Virus record (IMG/VR): IMGVR_UViG_2571042902_000002
Location: 1-64,000 of that record
Origin: an uncultured virus (IMG/VR IMGVR_UViG_2571042902_000002)
Taxonomy: Duplodnaviria; Heunggongvirae; Uroviricota; Caudoviricetes
Reading direction: 5' to 3' (one strand)
Length of the DNA stretch: 64,000 nt
The translations under genes and the position numbers were made by a program. Below, one piece after another: positions 7,890-17,248 of the stretch. Each line of letters starts with the position of its first letter. Position 1 is the first letter of the stretch. Under the pieces are notes generated by a model that was not told the DNA's origin, ran no database searches, and saw nothing but the letters and a program-made list of their open reading frames with translations.

Positions 7890-10099
7890 GTAACGAAGCC
7901 TTGGACGAAGTGCTGAATCAGCTTCGGGATCATGGTATCGAGCCCTTCACCAAGCGGAGCCCGGGCTGGGTGTTCGGGAAGTTGGTGCGCTGCAAGGTCG
8001 AGGGCGACCGGAACGGGGAGGCAACTGGCTGGTACGTCCTGCACGAATACACCACTGCCAGCGGCAAGACCCTCTATTTCGGGCGCTTCGGCAACTGGCG
8101 GCAGGACCTCAACGAGAAATTCAAGCTCAAGGGTGTTCGCCTGACTGCCGAGGAGCGCGAGCTGATGCACGCGCGGCAGGAAGAGGCCAAGCGCAAGGCG
8201 GCAGCGAAGGCCGCCTATGCAGCGCAGCGTGCCGCCCAGGGCGCAGCGCGGTTGTGGGAACGGCTATCGGAGAAGGGCAAGGCGCCGTATCTCGACCGCA
8301 AGCAGATCGTAGGGATCGGCGGTCGCTACGGCTACGGCGGGCGTTTCATGGTGCCCATGCGGACCCTCAAGGGGCTGGTGGGACTGCAAATCATCTACCC
8401 CGAGAAGCAGCCCGATACCGGCCGGGACAAGGCGTATTGGCCCTATGGCATGCAGAAGGAAGGAGCGTTCTGCCTGATCGGTCCGCGCCCCGAACCCGGC
8501 GAGCCGGTGCTGATTGCCGAGGGGTACGCGACCGGCGTCAGCCTGCATATGGCGACGGGCTGTGCGGTGGCTATTGCCTTCGATGCCGGCAACCTGCTGC
8601 CGGTCGGCAAGGCGATGCAGACCGAGTATCCGTCTCGGCCGTTGATCTTCTGCGGCGATGACGACTGGAAGACCACCCGCCAGGACGGGTCGCCTTGGAA
8701 TCCGGGCGCTCAGGCTGCGGAGAACGCCGCCACGATCCTTGGCGGCCAGTTCGTGCTCCCTCGCTTCGGCAGCGAGCGCGAGGAGGGCTGGACTGACTTC
8801 AACGACCTGCACTGTGCCGAGGGGCTGGAGGCGGTTCGCGCCCAAGTCATGGCGGTAGTCCGGCCACCCGCTGAGGGTGGCTGGCGTGACTGCCTTCTGC
8901 GGATCAAGGGCGGCGGCCTGGCGGCGCACATGGTGAACATCAGTCTGATCCTACAGAACGATGAGCGCTGGCACGGAGTGCTCGGCTACGACGAGTTCAG
9001 CGCCAAGACCATGAAGCTGCGGACGCCGCCCTATGGTGGTGGTACGGGGGAGTGGACAGATCTGGACGACATGCTGGCGTGCGAGTGGCTGGCCCAGCAG
9101 TACGGTTTGCTGACGAAGGTGCCGCCGGTGCTGGAAGCGGTGTCGGTGGTGGCCAGCAAGAACAGCTTTCACCCGGTGCGGGCGTACCTTGAGGGCCTGG
9201 AGTGGGACGGTACGCCGCGGATCGAGCATTGGCTGAACAGGGCCCTGGGCGTGGAGGAGACCCCGTACTCGATGAAGGCCGGCAAGCGCTGGCTGATGGG
9301 CGCTGTTGCGCGTGTTATGCGCCCGGGCTGCAAGATGGATACGGTGCTGATCCTCGAAGGGTTGCAGGGCGAAGGCAAGTCGACCGCCATGTCGGTGCTG
9401 GGCGGCGAGTGGTTCATGGATACCCCGTTCGTGCTCGGTGACAAAGAGACGTTCCAGATGTTGCGCGGCAAGTGGATCAGCGAGCTGGGCGAGTTGGATG
9501 CGTTCAATAAAGCCGACAGCACGAAGGCAAAGCAGTTCTTTTCGGCCTCGGTCGATACCTTCCGCGAGAGCTACGGCCGCAGAACCCGCGATGTGCCACG
9601 ACAGTGTGTTTTCGTGGGTACGACCAACCAGGACGAGTACCTGAAAGACACCACCGGCAACCGTCGATACTGGCCGGTCCTCTGCACGAAGGTGGATCTT
9701 GACCTGTTGCGCGAGATCCGGGACCAGCTATGGGCCGAAGCACTGTTCTGCTACCGGGCCGGCGATCCGTGGTGGGTTTCGCGGGAGGAGCGAGCGCTGT
9801 TCGAGGAGGAGCAGGACAAGCGCTACACGGTTGACGCCTGGGAGCACAAGCTGATCGGCTGGCTTGAGGGATACGTCGGCGAGACCGTGACCAGTGCGGC
9901 TATCTTGGGCGAAGCGCTCAATCTGGATTACGGGCACTGGGGCAAGCCGGAGCAGATGCGAGTTGGCCACATCATGCACCGGCTGGGCTGGCGGCGCAGA
10001 CGTCTACCCGCATCCGGTAAGTCGCCGGTGCGACCGTGGGGCTACGAGCGGCCGCCGTCGTGGAAGGGACAGCCGACGCAGAGGGAGGCCGCATTTTGA
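7886..10099 (+). CDS. Primase (TOPRIM)-VapE/VirE helicase replicase
   Basis: IAEGYATG and CGDDD TOPRIM motifs; Walker A GLQGEGKST; GTTN and TGNRRYWPV; GTG start overlapping the previous stop. Confidence 0.9.
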   Translation: MSNEALDEVLNQLRDHGIEPFTKRSPGWVFGKLVRCKVEGDRNGEATGWYVLHEYTTASGKTLYFGRFGNWRQDLNEKFKLKGVRLTAEERELMHARQEEAKRKAAAKAAYAAQRAAQGAARLWERLSEKGKAPYLDRKQIVGIGGRYGYGGRFMVPMRTLKGLVGLQIIYPEKQPDTGRDKAYWPYGMQKEGAFCLIGPRPEPGEPVLIAEGYATGVSLHMATGCAVAIAFDAGNLLPVGKAMQTEYPSRPLIFCGDDDWKTTRQDGSPWNPGAQAAENAATILGGQFVLPRFGSEREEGWTDFNDLHCAEGLEAVRAQVMAVVRPPAEGGWRDCLLRIKGGGLAAHMVNISLILQNDERWHGVLGYDEFSAKTMKLRTPPYGGGTGEWTDLDDMLACEWLAQQYGLLTKVPPVLEAVSVVASKNSFHPVRAYLEGLEWDGTPRIEHWLNRALGVEETPYSMKAGKRWLMGAVARVMRPGCKMDTVLILEGLQGEGKSTAMSVLGGEWFMDTPFVLGDKETFQMLRGKWISELGELDAFNKADSTKAKQFFSASVDTFRESYGRRTRDVPRQCVFVGTTNQDEYLKDTTGNRRYWPVLCTKVDLDLLREIRDQLWAEALFCYRAGDPWWVSREERALFEEEQDKRYTVDAWEHKLIGWLEGYVGETVTSAAILGEALNLDYGHWGKPEQMRVGHIMHRLGWRRRRLPASGKSPVRPWGYERPPSWKGQPTQREAAF

Positions 10100-10467
10100 T
10101 CAAGCCAATTGACGAGATGCTACGGACCTGGGCCGCCGAGTTGCACCCGCCGAATGGCGTAGGCTCTGCCGGGAACGCTAGCGGCGGGAGCAATGTGATT
10201 GCTATGCTGATGGCGACAAGGGGAAACCTGACTCGCTCCACAGCGGGGGCTCGCTGTCCCCTGGATCGCACGGCGGACATTGAGCTGATCGTGAACAAGC
10301 ACCTTCCGCCGCCCATCGAGCGGGTGGTGCGGTTGCATTACACGGACTACGACATGTCGGACCCGATGAAATGGGCAGCATGCGGATGTGGCAAACGCCA
10401 GTATTACCGCAGGCTCGACCTGGCCCACGCGGCCATCGCAGAAATCCTGCTGCGGCGGGCGGCCTGA
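10096..10467 (+). CDS. PA0613-like late regulator (Q-like antiterminator)
   Basis: IDEMLRTWA.E.H...CGCGKRQYYRRL..AH C-terminal HTH; lies before the terminator-studded late operon. Confidence 0.7.
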   Translation: MIKPIDEMLRTWAAELHPPNGVGSAGNASGGSNVIAMLMATRGNLTRSTAGARCPLDRTADIELIVNKHLPPPIERVVRLHYTDYDMSDPMKWAACGCGKRQYYRRLDLAHAAIAEILLRRAA

Positions 10468-10480
10468 CTTGGTTAGGCGC

Positions 10481-10748
10481 TGTCCCACCGTCCTACTCTG
10501 TCCCGCTTCGTTTTTCGAGGCGGGACAGCGCAAAGCCCCGTCACTGCTGAGGCTGTCCCACTGTCCCACCTTTCACACACCCGCCCGCACATAGGCGCGC
10601 ATCGCGCGCACGCGCGCAGCGTGCGCTCTTATTATTCTTCTCTTATATGCGTAGAAAGTAGTAGGACAAGTGGGACAGTAGGACAGCGCCATATAAATCA
10701 AAGGGTTATCTGTCCCACCTGTTGACCCACCTACTGACCAGTAGGACA
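10481..10748. repeat. Iteron array, probable replication origin
   Basis: About 12 direct and inverted TGTCC(C/T)(A/G)C-type copies flanking an AT-rich core near 10627-10660. Confidence 0.65.
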
Positions 10749-10931
10749 GCGCCGGAGGCGCTTGATAACCGTAGATGGATATACGCCGGACGAGTCCGGG
10801 ACAAGTTTGGGGCGAGTCCGGGGTGAGTCCGGAGTGGCAATAAAATTGGCTTGTTGCCATGACACTTTGGGGGTAAAAAGTAGGCACTCTCGTAGAGGTG
10901 CGCCACTGAGGCACACGCTCCACATCATCGG

Positions 10932-10958
10932 AACCCGGCCATCGTGCCGGGTTTTTTA
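10932..10958 (+). terminator. Intrinsic terminator in the late leader
   Basis: AACCCGGC-catcgt-GCCGGGTT followed by a T run. Confidence 0.75.
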
Positions 10959-11039
10959 TTGGCTCGACTTCGGCGCCTTTGGCCTCCTTGGCGGGGCGTC
11001 GGGTCCAGGGACGGGCCGCCTACTCAGACCGAGGTGAAC

Positions 11040-11378
11040 ATGGCGACAGAGAACGACGTTCAGCAGACGCTGAGCGATATTCCGACCTGGCTGTTCGTGC
11101 TGGTGTCGATGGCCGGCCTGTCCGGGGAGCTGTGGCGCGCCGAGGCGGCAGGGCTGACGGTCAGCGATCTGCTGAAACGTGTCCTGCTGCGCTCGGGGGC
11201 GTCGGTGGTGTTCGGCCTGGCCTCGGTGTTGCTCGCGACGGCGAGCGGTGCGGGGCTGCCGGTTGCCGCCGCGCTCGGTAGCGTGGTCGCGTGCCTCGGC
11301 GCCGACGTGGCATCAGGGTTCTATACCCGGTGGTTGGCGCGTAAGGCTGGGGGGCATGATGGAACAGGCTCTTCGTAA
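11040..11378 (+). CDS. Holin (pyocin PA0614-like)
   Basis: Three hydrophobic segments; GLSGELWRA...LRSGAS motif; GAGGTG RBS. Confidence 0.82.
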   Translation: MATENDVQQTLSDIPTWLFVLVSMAGLSGELWRAEAAGLTVSDLLKRVLLRSGASVVFGLASVLLATASGAGLPVAAALGSVVACLGADVASGFYTRWLARKAGGHDGTGSS

Positions 11379-11410
11379 AAGCGCGTTCACCGTTCCCTGC
11401 CAGACGTAGC

Positions 11411-11836
11411 TTACGATCTGTTTTCGCTGTTGCCTGAGGCAGGCGGCTCGCCAGTAAGTGCTGTTTCTGGTACTGCTTTTTGCTTAGCTTTGTTCTGAAC
11501 ATACGCGATTAAAATAATTGATCCTGCTATAAAATAGATCGCATACATTACGAAATTAAAGGCGTTAACTAGAAGTTTGATTATTTCTGGGCGTGTTATG
11601 GGTGTTTCTGCGTCAAGAAACTCCATTATGTTAAAGAAAGACTCAGTTGCTATTCCGGCGGTGCCGGTTAGGGCCAAACCTACTGCTAATATGTAGCCCA
11701 GAATTCTAGAGCTGCGCTTTATGTGACTAAGCATGCTTCGTACAGCAGATTTTAGATCTTCTCTGTTCTCTCTGTTGAGTGCGAAGTATCCAATAACTAA
11801 AGCCATGATTGAGCAAAGCCCGCCTACGTAGTCCAT
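11411..11836 (-). CDS. Moron membrane protein (3 TM)
   Basis: AT-rich, antisense to the late operon, GAGGA RBS before MDYVGG. Confidence 0.7.
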   Translation of the reverse strand: MDYVGGLCSIMALVIGYFALNRENREDLKSAVRSMLSHIKRSSRILGYILAVGLALTGTAGIATESFFNIMEFLDAETPITRPEIIKLLVNAFNFVMYAIYFIAGSIILIAYVQNKAKQKAVPETALTGEPPASGNSENRS

Positions 11837-11938
11837 TACAGTTTCCTCGGTAATATAAATCGCTAATAGTACATGAATGTCTCTGCCCCCTTGTAGATGC
11901 AACGGCATTAGATGTCATGTCTGCTTAGGAGGACGCAA

Positions 11939-12682
11939 ATGAGAGGGATGAGAGGGCTTTCGATTGATGGTTTGGATGACGCGATGATCTCGTTCCGTAT
12001 GCTTGAGGGTGAATTACCAAGCCGGGCTTTGGCCGACGCCTTGAACCACACGGCGAACCAGGCGAATCAGGCGCTGGTCGGGGAGATCGACCAGGTCTTC
12101 GACCGGCCGACACCGTTCACCCGCAACGCCATCCGCATCCTGCATGCCACCTCGCGCCGCCTTGAGGCGGCCTTGTGGGTGAAGGACGAAAAGGACCATG
12201 CCTCGAAGGGGCAGGCGCCGGAGGACTGGGTGGCTCCCCAAGTCTTCGGGGGGCCGAGGGTGGACAAGGCGTCGGAGCGGAACCTCCGAGCCCGGGGCAT
12301 TCTGCCTGCGGGCATGTTCGTCGTTCCAGCGGAGGGCGCCCGGCTGGACCAGTACGGCAACATGAGCCGCGGCCAGATGATCCAGATCCTCTCCGGCCTG
12401 GGCGCCCTGGAATACCGAGCGGGGTTCAAAGGAAACGCCACTCAGTTGGCGCGCTCCCTGGCGAAGGGACACCAACTGGCGTACTTCGTGATGCGCCGTG
12501 GCCGCCGGCCGATTGGCATCGCCGAGCGCCGTGGACGGACGTTGACCATGGTCCTCGCCTTCGTCCGCCAGCCTCAGTACCGCGTGCGCTTCCAGTTTCA
12601 CGAAGTCGTTCGGCGTGTTGCCGAGGACGACGCGCGCATCGAGGCGAACATCGAGCGGGCCCTGGCGAAAGCGTTGCGCTGA
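11939..12682 (+). CDS. Minor tail/neck protein (gpZ-like)
   Basis: ALNHTA...VFDRPTPFT.NA motif; AGGAGG RBS. Confidence 0.65.
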   Translation: MRGMRGLSIDGLDDAMISFRMLEGELPSRALADALNHTANQANQALVGEIDQVFDRPTPFTRNAIRILHATSRRLEAALWVKDEKDHASKGQAPEDWVAPQVFGGPRVDKASERNLRARGILPAGMFVVPAEGARLDQYGNMSRGQMIQILSGLGALEYRAGFKGNATQLARSLAKGHQLAYFVMRRGRRPIGIAERRGRTLTMVLAFVRQPQYRVRFQFHEVVRRVAEDDARIEANIERALAKALR

Positions 12683-12800
12683 ACCGTTGGCGGGTGGCCT
12701 GGCCGGGCGGAGCGGGGTTAGTTCAACCCGAGCCGGCAGTGGCCACCTGCGGGCAGGGTGTCGCGAAAAACGGGGTAGTGACGTGCTACTCAAAAAGCAC

Positions 12801-12925
12801 CGGGGGCCCCTGAAGCGCCGCCCCCGACAAGGGTGATTCGAACCCCGTTCTCGCGCTAGTGGCTGGGCCGGGAAGTTAGTTAACAGGGTTAACCGGGTTA
12901 ACCCCCTCGGTTCATCGTGGTTAAC
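12801..12925. other. Probable cos/packaging region
   Basis: Non-coding stretch just before terS with four GTTAAC palindromes (12879, 12888, 12897, 12920). Confidence 0.45.
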
Positions 12926-12936
12926 AGGTACCGCAC

Positions 12937-13527
12937 ATGGAGTTCATGACCAAGGCAGCGTTCGCGGACCGCCAAGGCTGGTCGCGCGCCTACGTGTCGA
13001 AGCTGGTCCGGCAAGGACGCCTCGTCCTCACCGCCGACGGAAAGGTCGACGTCCAGGCGAGCGACGAATTGCTGGCCGCCAGCGCAGACCCGAGCAAGGC
13101 TGCCGTGGCCGAGCGGCATCGGCAGGAGCGGGTGGAGAAGGGCGTGTACGCCCACATAGGCGCAGGTGCAGCCCCGAGCCCGGCCTTACCGGCACCAGGG
13201 CAGACCGCACCGCTGCCCGACTACCAGAAGGCCCGCGCGCGGCGGGAGTACGCCCTGGCTCTGCTGGCAGAAGACGAACACCGCAAGAGCCGTGGCGAGA
13301 CGGTCGAGCGCGCGCGTGTCGACTCCGCGGCCTTCACCGCTGCGCGCGCTCTGCGCGATCTGTTGATGGGCGTGCCGCCGAAGATCGCCGGCGACCTGGT
13401 GACACTGACCGACCCCTGGGAGATCGAACGCCGCCTGACCCAGGCGCTGCGCCGTGCCTTGGAAGATGCCGACCGCCTCCTGCAGCTCGATGCCGAGATC
13501 GAACAAGGGGGCAAGGAGTCGAACTGA
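12937..13527 (+). CDS. terS: Terminase small subunit (Nu1-like)
   Basis: N-terminal wHTH (AFADRQGWSRAYVSKL), YQKARARRE; precedes terL. Confidence 0.85.
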   Translation: MEFMTKAAFADRQGWSRAYVSKLVRQGRLVLTADGKVDVQASDELLAASADPSKAAVAERHRQERVEKGVYAHIGAGAAPSPALPAPGQTAPLPDYQKARARREYALALLAEDEHRKSRGETVERARVDSAAFTAARALRDLLMGVPPKIAGDLVTLTDPWEIERRLTQALRRALEDADRLLQLDAEIEQGGKESN

Positions 13528-13530
13528 ACC

Positions 13531-15546
13531 ATGGAACAACCGTATGCCGACGGTGCCGCCGTGTACCTGGCGGCATACCGTCGAGGACTGAAGCCCGACC
13601 CCGAACTGTGGATCGATGAGTGGGCGGACGAGTTCCAGATGATCCCGGCGGATACGGGGGCGGCCGAGCCGGGCAAGTACCACACCGACCGGACCCCCTA
13701 TGCGCGCGAGCCGATGCGTTGCCTGTCGCCGCTGTTCCCAGCCAAGCGCGTGGTGACCATGATCGCCTCGCAGTTGATGAAGACCCAGGTCGCCTTGAAC
13801 TGGATCGGCGGCTGTATCCACATGGCACCGGCCAACATCCTGGTGCTGCTGCCCACCGAGAAGCTGAGCAAGCGGGTATCAGGACGGATCGACAAGACGA
13901 TCAAGGCCGTGCCGGTGCTGACCGCGCGCGTTGCCAAGGCCCGCTCGCGCGACTCGCGAAACACGCTCGACACCAAGGAGTTCGAGGGTGGCGCGCTGTA
14001 CTGCGCGTCAGCCGGCTCGGCCTCTAACCTGGCCGAGTTGTCCGCTCGGTACGTGTACGGCGATGAAATCGACCGCTGGGAAATGGACGTCGACGACGAC
14101 GGCGACCCGGTCAAGCAGGCCGAGGCGCGCGGTTCGACGTTCGGCCGCCGCGCGAAGTTCTACTACTCCAGCTCGCCCACGCTGAAAGGCGTTTCGCGGA
14201 TCGCCGACCTCTTCACCCAGGGCGACCAGCGGCACTACTACGTCCCGTGTCCGCATTGCGGAACGATGCAGGTGCTGGAATGGGAGGGCCTGAAGTACGA
14301 CCCCGAGTACCGCCTTGTGCAGTACATGTGCTGCAACGAGGAGTGCGGCGCCCTGATCGAGGAGCACCACAAGGCGGCCATGCTGTCCGCTGGCGAGTGG
14401 CGAGCCCATGCCGTCGGTGACGGCGAGACCGTCAGTTTCACGCTGAGCGCGCTGTATGCGCCTCCCGGCTGGTTGACCTGGACGGACCTGGCGAAGGAGT
14501 ACGACGAGGCCAAGCGTCTACAGGAGAAGGGCGATCCCGGGTCCATGCAGGTGTTCTACAACACCCGCTTGGCCCGGCTGTGGGACAGCGCCGAGGAAAT
14601 GACCAAGGCGGACGAGCTGCGCAAGCGAGCCGAGGCCGAGGGGCATCGGCTGGGTCTGGTACCCGCCGGAGCGCTGCTGCTGACCGCGGCGGTCGATACC
14701 CAGCACAACCGCTTGGAAATGCTGGTGATGGGCTGGGGCGAGGGCCTGGAGCGCTGGACGGTCGATTTCCAGGTGATCCCCGGCGACCCGACCGACGAGC
14801 GTACCTGGGCGCTGCTCGACGAGCGCCTGAAGGCTCGATATCGGCACGTCAGCGGTGTGGACCTGGCCATCTGCGCGGTCTGCATCGACTCGGGCGGTCA
14901 CCATACCCATGAGGTCTACCAGTTCACCCGCCTGCGCCGCTGGCGAAACGTGCTGGCGGTGAAGGGTGCGAGCAAGCGCGGCCGCCCAGTGCTGGCCCAG
15001 CGGCCGTCCAAGGTCGACGTCACCTGGCAGGGCAACACCGAGAAGAGTGGCGCCGAACTATGGATGGTCGGTACCGACACGGCGAAGGACTGGGTCTACA
15101 ACCGCTACCACCTCAAGGATGGCCCCGGGGCGTTGCACTTCTCCGCAGACCTGCCGCCTGACTTCTTCGCCCAGTGCGTGGCCGAGCGCAAGGTGGTCCG
15201 CTACGTGAAGGGGTTCAAGCGCACCGACTGGGTCAAGGCCAAGTCGGAGCGAAACGAGGCCCTCGACCTCATCGTGTACAACCTGGCCGCGGCCCACTTC
15301 CTCGGCCTGCATCGCTATCACGCTCCGCAGTGGAGCAGCCTGCGCGCAGCGGTAGGTCAAGGAAGCCTGTTCGCCGACCCAGTCGCCACGGTGCCCAGCG
15401 CAGCCGACGAGGCGGACGAGCATGAGCCGCAGAACGAGGCGCCAAGTGCCCCAGTGCGGCCGGCACCTCCCACGCGGAGCGCGAACCCACCATCCCAACC
15501 AACTGGCCGGCGTACCTCGCGCAGCGGGTATCTGAGCCGCCGATAG
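13531..15546 (+). CDS. terL: Terminase large subunit (GpA family)
   Basis: RTPYARE, SQLMKT, DEIDR, SSPT, CPHCG and RNEALD motifs. Confidence 0.95.
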   Translation: MEQPYADGAAVYLAAYRRGLKPDPELWIDEWADEFQMIPADTGAAEPGKYHTDRTPYAREPMRCLSPLFPAKRVVTMIASQLMKTQVALNWIGGCIHMAPANILVLLPTEKLSKRVSGRIDKTIKAVPVLTARVAKARSRDSRNTLDTKEFEGGALYCASAGSASNLAELSARYVYGDEIDRWEMDVDDDGDPVKQAEARGSTFGRRAKFYYSSSPTLKGVSRIADLFTQGDQRHYYVPCPHCGTMQVLEWEGLKYDPEYRLVQYMCCNEECGALIEEHHKAAMLSAGEWRAHAVGDGETVSFTLSALYAPPGWLTWTDLAKEYDEAKRLQEKGDPGSMQVFYNTRLARLWDSAEEMTKADELRKRAEAEGHRLGLVPAGALLLTAAVDTQHNRLEMLVMGWGEGLERWTVDFQVIPGDPTDERTWALLDERLKARYRHVSGVDLAICAVCIDSGGHHTHEVYQFTRLRRWRNVLAVKGASKRGRPVLAQRPSKVDVTWQGNTEKSGAELWMVGTDTAKDWVYNRYHLKDGPGALHFSADLPPDFFAQCVAERKVVRYVKGFKRTDWVKAKSERNEALDLIVYNLAAAHFLGLHRYHAPQWSSLRAAVGQGSLFADPVATVPSAADEADEHEPQNEAPSAPVRPAPPTRSANPPSQPTGRRTSRSGYLSRR

Positions 15547-15557
15547 ACGAGGTCAGC

Positions 15558-15782
15558 ATGAGCACAGCGCAGCAGCGCCTGGACGAGGTCCGGGTGGCGA
15601 TTCAGGACATCCTGAAAAAAGGGCAGTCGGTGCGCAAGGGAGACCGCCAGGTCGACCGCGCGCAACTGGCGAGTCTGCGCGTTCTGGAGCAGCAGTACGC
15701 CGAAGCCGCAGCCCTGGAGGCGGCTACGAACAACCGACGGCCGCGCCAGGTTCGCCTCTACAGCGGAGGCAAGGGGATCTGA
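15558..15782 (+). CDS. Head-tail joining protein (gpW-like)
   Basis: 74 aa between terL and portal. Confidence 0.75.
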   Translation: MSTAQQRLDEVRVAIQDILKKGQSVRKGDRQVDRAQLASLRVLEQQYAEAAALEAATNNRRPRQVRLYSGGKGI

Positions 15783-17248
15783 TGGCTACCCGATACCGAA
15801 TCACGTCGAAGCGCATTCGCAACAGCTACGAGGGCGCTGGCACCGGACGCCGCGCCGCTGGCTGGGACGCGCCCGAGGCGGCGCTGAATGCGGTAGCCAT
15901 TCCGGCATTGCCGACCCTGCGCAAGCGCTCGCGAGCGGCGGTGAGGAATGACCCCTACGCCGCGAGCGCGATCAGCAAGCGCGTCAGCAACCTGATCGGC
16001 ACCGGCATTACGCCGCGCGCACGTCTGGACGACGCGGCGTTGCGCGAGGCGTTGAACCTGCTGTGGGAGGACTGGGTAGACGAGTCGGACGCGGATGACC
16101 GTACCGATTTCTACGGCCTGCAGATGATCATCGCGCGGATGGTCGAGGAAGCGGGCGAGTGCTTCGTGAGGCGCCGCAACCGACGGCCGGAGGACGGCCT
16201 GGCGGTACCTCTGCAACTGCAGGTGCTCCCGCCTGACTTCGTCCCGGTGGATCGCAATTTCAAGACCCGCAGTGGCAACGTGGTGCGCGCGGGAATCGAG
16301 TTCGACGCCATCGGCCGCCGGGTTGCCTACTGGATGTGGCAGAGCCATCCCGGCGATCCGGCGGCGCCCCGGCGCGGCTACAACCAGCTCAACCGCATCC
16401 CGGCGGACCAGGTGCTGCACATCTTCGAACCGCTGGAGGGTGGCCAGCTGCGCGGTGTGCCGCGCTTGTCGCCGGTTCTCCTGCGGCTGAAGTCGCTGGA
16501 CAACTACGACGACGCGGTGCTGTTCAGGCAGGAAGTTTCCAACCTGTTCGCCGGGTTCATCACCAGGCCTCGACAGGACGGGGCGCCGATCTTCGATCCG
16601 TCGACCGGGCTGGCACCTGCGCAGGATCGCGACGGGACACCGATGGTCGGCCTGGAGCCGGGGACCATGCAGGAGCTGCTGGAAGGGGAGGAGGTGGTTT
16701 TCTCCGACCCGCCGGACGCCGGTAACACCTACGTCGACTTCATGCGACAGCAACTGATGGCAGCGGCGGTCGGTGTCGACCTGCCGTATGAGCTGCTCAC
16801 CGGCGACATGGGCGATATCAGCGACCGCACCTTGCGGGTGCTGCTCAACGAGTTTCGGCGCCGGATCGAACAGGTTCAGTTCAGCGTGTACGTCTACCAG
16901 CTCTGCCGCCCGGTGCGCGCGTGGTGGCTGGATACCGCGTACCTCAGCGGAGCAGTCGACCTGCCGGACTATCCGGCGCGGCGACGTGAGTTCCTGCGCA
17001 CGCGTTGGATCCCGCAGGGCTGGGCCTACATCCATCCGGTGCAGGACGTCCAGGGCAAGCTGCTGGAGATCGGCGGAGGCCTCGCCAGCCGGAGCGAGCA
17101 TGCGCTACGCACCGGATACGACGCCGAGGTGATCGACCGGGAGAACGCCCAGGACAACGCCCGGGCTGAAAGCCTGAACTTGCACTACACCACCGACACC
17201 GGGCAACCGGTGAGAGACCAAGGGGACACCCATGAAGAAACGCAATGA
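15782..17248 (+). CDS. Portal protein, lambda family
   Basis: LRKRSR..VRND.YA, GIEFD..GR, GQLRGVP, IHPVQD motifs. Confidence 0.93.
   Translation: MATRYRITSKRIRNSYEGAGTGRRAAGWDAPEAALNAVAIPALPTLRKRSRAAVRNDPYAASAISKRVSNLIGTGITPRARLDDAALREALNLLWEDWVDESDADDRTDFYGLQMIIARMVEEAGECFVRRRNRRPEDGLAVPLQLQVLPPDFVPVDRNFKTRSGNVVRAGIEFDAIGRRVAYWMWQSHPGDPAAPRRGYNQLNRIPADQVLHIFEPLEGGQLRGVPRLSPVLLRLKSLDNYDDAVLFRQEVSNLFAGFITRPRQDGAPIFDPSTGLAPAQDRDGTPMVGLEPGTMQELLEGEEVVFSDPPDAGNTYVDFMRQQLMAAAVGVDLPYELLTGDMGDISDRTLRVLLNEFRRRIEQVQFSVYVYQLCRPVRAWWLDTAYLSGAVDLPDYPARRREFLRTRWIPQGWAYIHPVQDVQGKLLEIGGGLASRSEHALRTGYDAEVIDRENAQDNARAESLNLHYTTDTGQPVRDQGDTHEETQ

Noticed and set aside
12831..12846. GGGTGATTCGAACCCC resembling a tRNA T-arm
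   Set aside because: No acceptor, D or anticodon arms around it; it lies in the packaging region
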